A stretch of 1,165 nt of DNA, taken from sequence record OR846261.1. One strand, written 5' to 3'. Under the pieces are notes generated by a model. That model was not told the DNA's origin, did no database searches, and saw only the letters and a program-made list of their open reading frames with translations. The DNA comes from a phage. Of the stretch, positions 1 through 1,165 are shown one piece after another; positions within the stretch are counted from its first letter, which is position 1, and each line of letters opens with the position of its first letter. A program made the position numbers and the translations under genes.

Positions 1-1103
1 CCTGAGATTTTTGCATCATGCAGCGCCCCGACCATTGCGGCGGTTTCTTCAATGCTGACACCGGCATTTTTTGCCACAGGTGCGGCATAGGTCAGCGCAT
101 CGCTCATGCCGTCAAAATCGGCGGCGGTTTTGTTCATCGTCATGGAGAGAACATCCCCGATATGAGCGACCTTATCGTTTGAAAGCTGAAAGGCGGATTT
201 CATCCCCATCAGCAGGGCGGCGTTTTCTTCCATCGTGCGGCGGTTCGCCAGCGCCATATTCAGCGTGACCGGCGTTGCCGCCTGAATGGCATCAACATCC
301 CCACCCGCTTTCGCGATGATTATCTGTGCACCGGCCGCATCATCCGCCGAGGCGGCGGTATTGTCGCCGAGCTGGCGCGCCTGTTTGCGTAGTGCGGTCA
401 TTTCGGCGGAGTCTTTTGCCACTCCGAGCACGGCCTGCAATTCTGAGTTTTTCTGCGCAAACTCATAACCGGGCATCAGCAACTTAACTCCGGCCATCGT
501 TCCCGCCGCCGCAATCCCCACACCGGCAGCGCCTACTGAGGCCATATTTCCGGCCAGTTCCTTTCCTGCCTGATAACGCTGTTTGACTGCGTTAAGTTTT
601 GCCTGTTGTGCACTGACACGCGCCAGCGCGTCACGCTGACGGTTAAGCTGGGCGGTGGTTTCACTGATACGGTTTTTCAGCCCTCGTTCATCATGCGCCA
701 GATTACGGGTATTAATACCCGCCTGACTCAATTCCTGACGCTGGCGCTGTACCGACAATCTCAGGCTGTTATATTTCGCCTGTAACTCAGACGCATTTTT
801 ACGCGCGGCTTCCATTGCCTTTGCCTGTGCATTTGTCGGTCGTTCAGTATTTTTAAACTGGACAGCCAGAGCTGCGGCTTCCTGTCTGGCTTTTTTCAGT
901 TCCTGACCAGTCACGGCGAGCTGTGCACTGGTCTTGCGAAATCCCTCAATACGGGATGCCTGACCGTTCAGCTCGCGCAGTGATTTTTGTGTGTCCCGGA
1001 TATCCCCCGACAGCGACTTGCTCGCTGTACGGATGGATTTAAACGGGCGGGATGCCTGGTCAACAGCCCTGAGCAATACCTGTAATTTTACATTGTTACT
1101 CAT
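1..1103 (-). CDS. T: Phage tail tape measure protein, N-terminal portion (P2 gpT-like); 5' end complete with ATG at 1103-1101, 3' end truncated by the window edge
   Basis: Uninterrupted minus-strand reading frame from ATG (1103-1101) to window position 1, about 367 codons with no stop, by manual translation of the reverse complement. N-terminus MSNNVKLQVLLRAVDQASRPFKSIRTASKSLSGDIRDTQKSLRELNGQASRIEGFRK. Then a long Q/R/A/K/L-rich region typical of tape-measure coiled coils, e.g. NSLRLSVQRQRQELSQAGINTRNLAHDERGLKNRISETTAQLNRQRDALARVSAQQAKLNAVKQRYQAGKELAGN. Then a Gly/Ala-rich hydrophobic segment MASVGAAGVGIAAAGTMAGVKLLMPGYEF, followed by a conserved-looking core (…AKAGGDVDAIQAATPVTLNMALANRRTMEENAALLMGMKSAF…DVLSMTMNKTAADFDGMSDALTYAAPVAKNAGVSIEETAAMVGALHDAK). 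Composition and domain order match tape measure proteins of P2-like enterobacterial prophages as I recall them; no alignment was run. The start overlaps the stop of the upstream ORF, consistent with operon organisation. Confidence 0.92.
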   Translation of the reverse strand, partial: MSNNVKLQVLLRAVDQASRPFKSIRTASKSLSGDIRDTQKSLRELNGQASRIEGFRKTSAQLAVTGQELKKARQEAAALAVQFKNTERPTNAQAKAMEAARKNASELQAKYNSLRLSVQRQRQELSQAGINTRNLAHDERGLKNRISETTAQLNRQRDALARVSAQQAKLNAVKQRYQAGKELAGNMASVGAAGVGIAAAGTMAGVKLLMPGYEFAQKNSELQAVLGVAKDSAEMTALRKQARQLGDNTAASADDAAGAQIIIAKAGGDVDAIQAATPVTLNMALANRRTMEENAALLMGMKSAFQLSNDKVAHIGDVLSMTMNKTAADFDGMSDALTYAAPVAKNAGVSIEETAAMVGALHDAKIS

Positions 1104-1165
1104 TCGTGTTTCCGCTTCGCCGGAGCGCCTTTTCGCGCCATGTGATGAGTTCGGTCAGGCTCATG
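1096..1165 (-). CDS. 3' end of the upstream tail-operon ORF, probably the tail assembly chaperone frameshift extension (P2 E+E'-like); partial, 5' end outside window
   Basis: The minus-strand frame ending at TAA (1098-1096) is open to the window edge and reads …(M)SLTELITWREKALRRSGNTNE*. The in-window ATG at 1164-1162 is probably internal, not the true start. A second frame is also open, reading …HEPDRTHHMARKGAPAKRKHE* and ending at TGA (1102-1100), which overlaps the tape-measure ATG. In P2-like and many other tailed phages the gene directly upstream of the tape measure gene is a chaperone pair made by a programmed -1 frameshift (established knowledge). Which of the two frames is actually translated cannot be decided from 63-69 nt. 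Confidence 0.45.
   Translation of the reverse strand, partial: MSLTELITWREKALRRSGNTNE
1104..1116 (-). promoter_or_regulatory. Weak Shine-Dalgarno-like element (GCGGA) about 7 nt upstream of the tape-measure ATG; probable translational coupling with the upstream ORF
   Basis: The minus-strand sequence upstream of the ATG is GCGAAGCGGAAACACGA-ATG. The only purine-rich match to the anti-SD is GGA/GCGGA with a 7-nt spacer. The upstream ORF stop codons (TGA at 1102-1100, TAA at 1098-1096) overlap or abut the ATG. Confidence 0.3.

Noticed and set aside
66-72. Slippery-like heptamer A_AAA_AAT (minus strand, in frame as GCA AAA AAT) inside the tape measure gene; similar A-runs occur at about 850-856 (CTG AAA AAA) and 8-13 (GCA AAA ATC)
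   Set aside because: These are short homopolymer runs expected by chance in a gene this long. Known tail-gene frameshifts sit in the chaperone gene upstream of the tape measure gene, not inside it, and no obvious downstream stimulatory structure was seen.
71-268. Plus-strand ORF of 65 aa (MPQVRHRSAHRSCRQNRRRFCSSSWREHPRYERPYRLKAERRISSPSAGRRFLPSCGGSPAPYSA)
   Set aside because: It is entirely antisense to the well-supported tape measure gene. Its composition (Arg/Ser/Pro/Cys-rich, low complexity) is typical of a spurious frame opposite a GC-rich coding strand, and no ribosome-binding site or domain-like sequence is apparent.
286-468. Plus-strand ORF of 60 aa (MASTSPPAFAMIICAPAASSAEAAVLSPSWRACLRSAVISAESFATPSTACNSEFFCANS)
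   Set aside because: It is antisense to the tape measure gene and mirrors that gene's Ala/Gly-rich region; it looks like an antisense artefact, not an independent gene.
1091-1093. Alternative ATG 10 nt downstream of the called tape-measure start
   Set aside because: It is out of frame with the long ORF and is followed immediately by a TAA stop (ATGTAA). The in-frame ATG at 1103-1101 gives the MSNNVKLQ… N-terminus and is the only sensible start.
1125-1138. Possible small hairpin GCGC-N6-GCGC upstream of the tape-measure start
   Set aside because: The stem is only 4 bp and lies within coding sequence of the upstream ORF; too weak to call a terminator or regulatory structure.
1-1165. The possibility that the window holds a novel defence or otherwise undescribed system
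   Set aside because: Both coding features are accounted for by a conventional phage tail operon (tape measure plus upstream chaperone). No repeats, CRISPR-like arrays, RNA genes, unusual composition shifts or unexplained ORFs were found.

Overview
The whole window lies inside a bacteriophage/prophage tail-morphogenesis operon encoded on the minus strand, and I see no evidence of a novel or undescribed system. Positions 1-1103 (minus) carry the N-terminal ~367 codons of a tail tape measure protein, starting at an ATG at 1103-1101 and running off the window's left edge with no stop. Its translation begins MSNNVKLQVLLRAVDQASRPFKSIRTASKS..., continues through a long Q/R/A/K-rich, probably coiled-coil, region and a Gly/Ala-rich hydrophobic segment, and ends in a conserved tape-measure core reading ...AQIIIAKAGGDVDAIQAATPVTLNMALANRRTMEENAALLMGMKSAFQLSNDKVAHIGDVLSMTMNKTAADFDGMSDALTYAAPVAKNAGVSIEETAAMVGALHDAKISG. 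From memory this resembles the P2-family (myovirus, FETUD operon) gene T product. Positions 1096-1165 (minus) hold the 3' end of an upstream ORF whose stop overlaps the tape-measure start (ATGAGTAA); by position it is most likely the tail assembly chaperone (P2 E/E'-type), whose frameshift site would lie outside the window. Both ORFs in the supplied track are on the plus strand, antisense to the tape measure gene, and look spurious. All homology statements are recalled, not computed; a database search would settle them.
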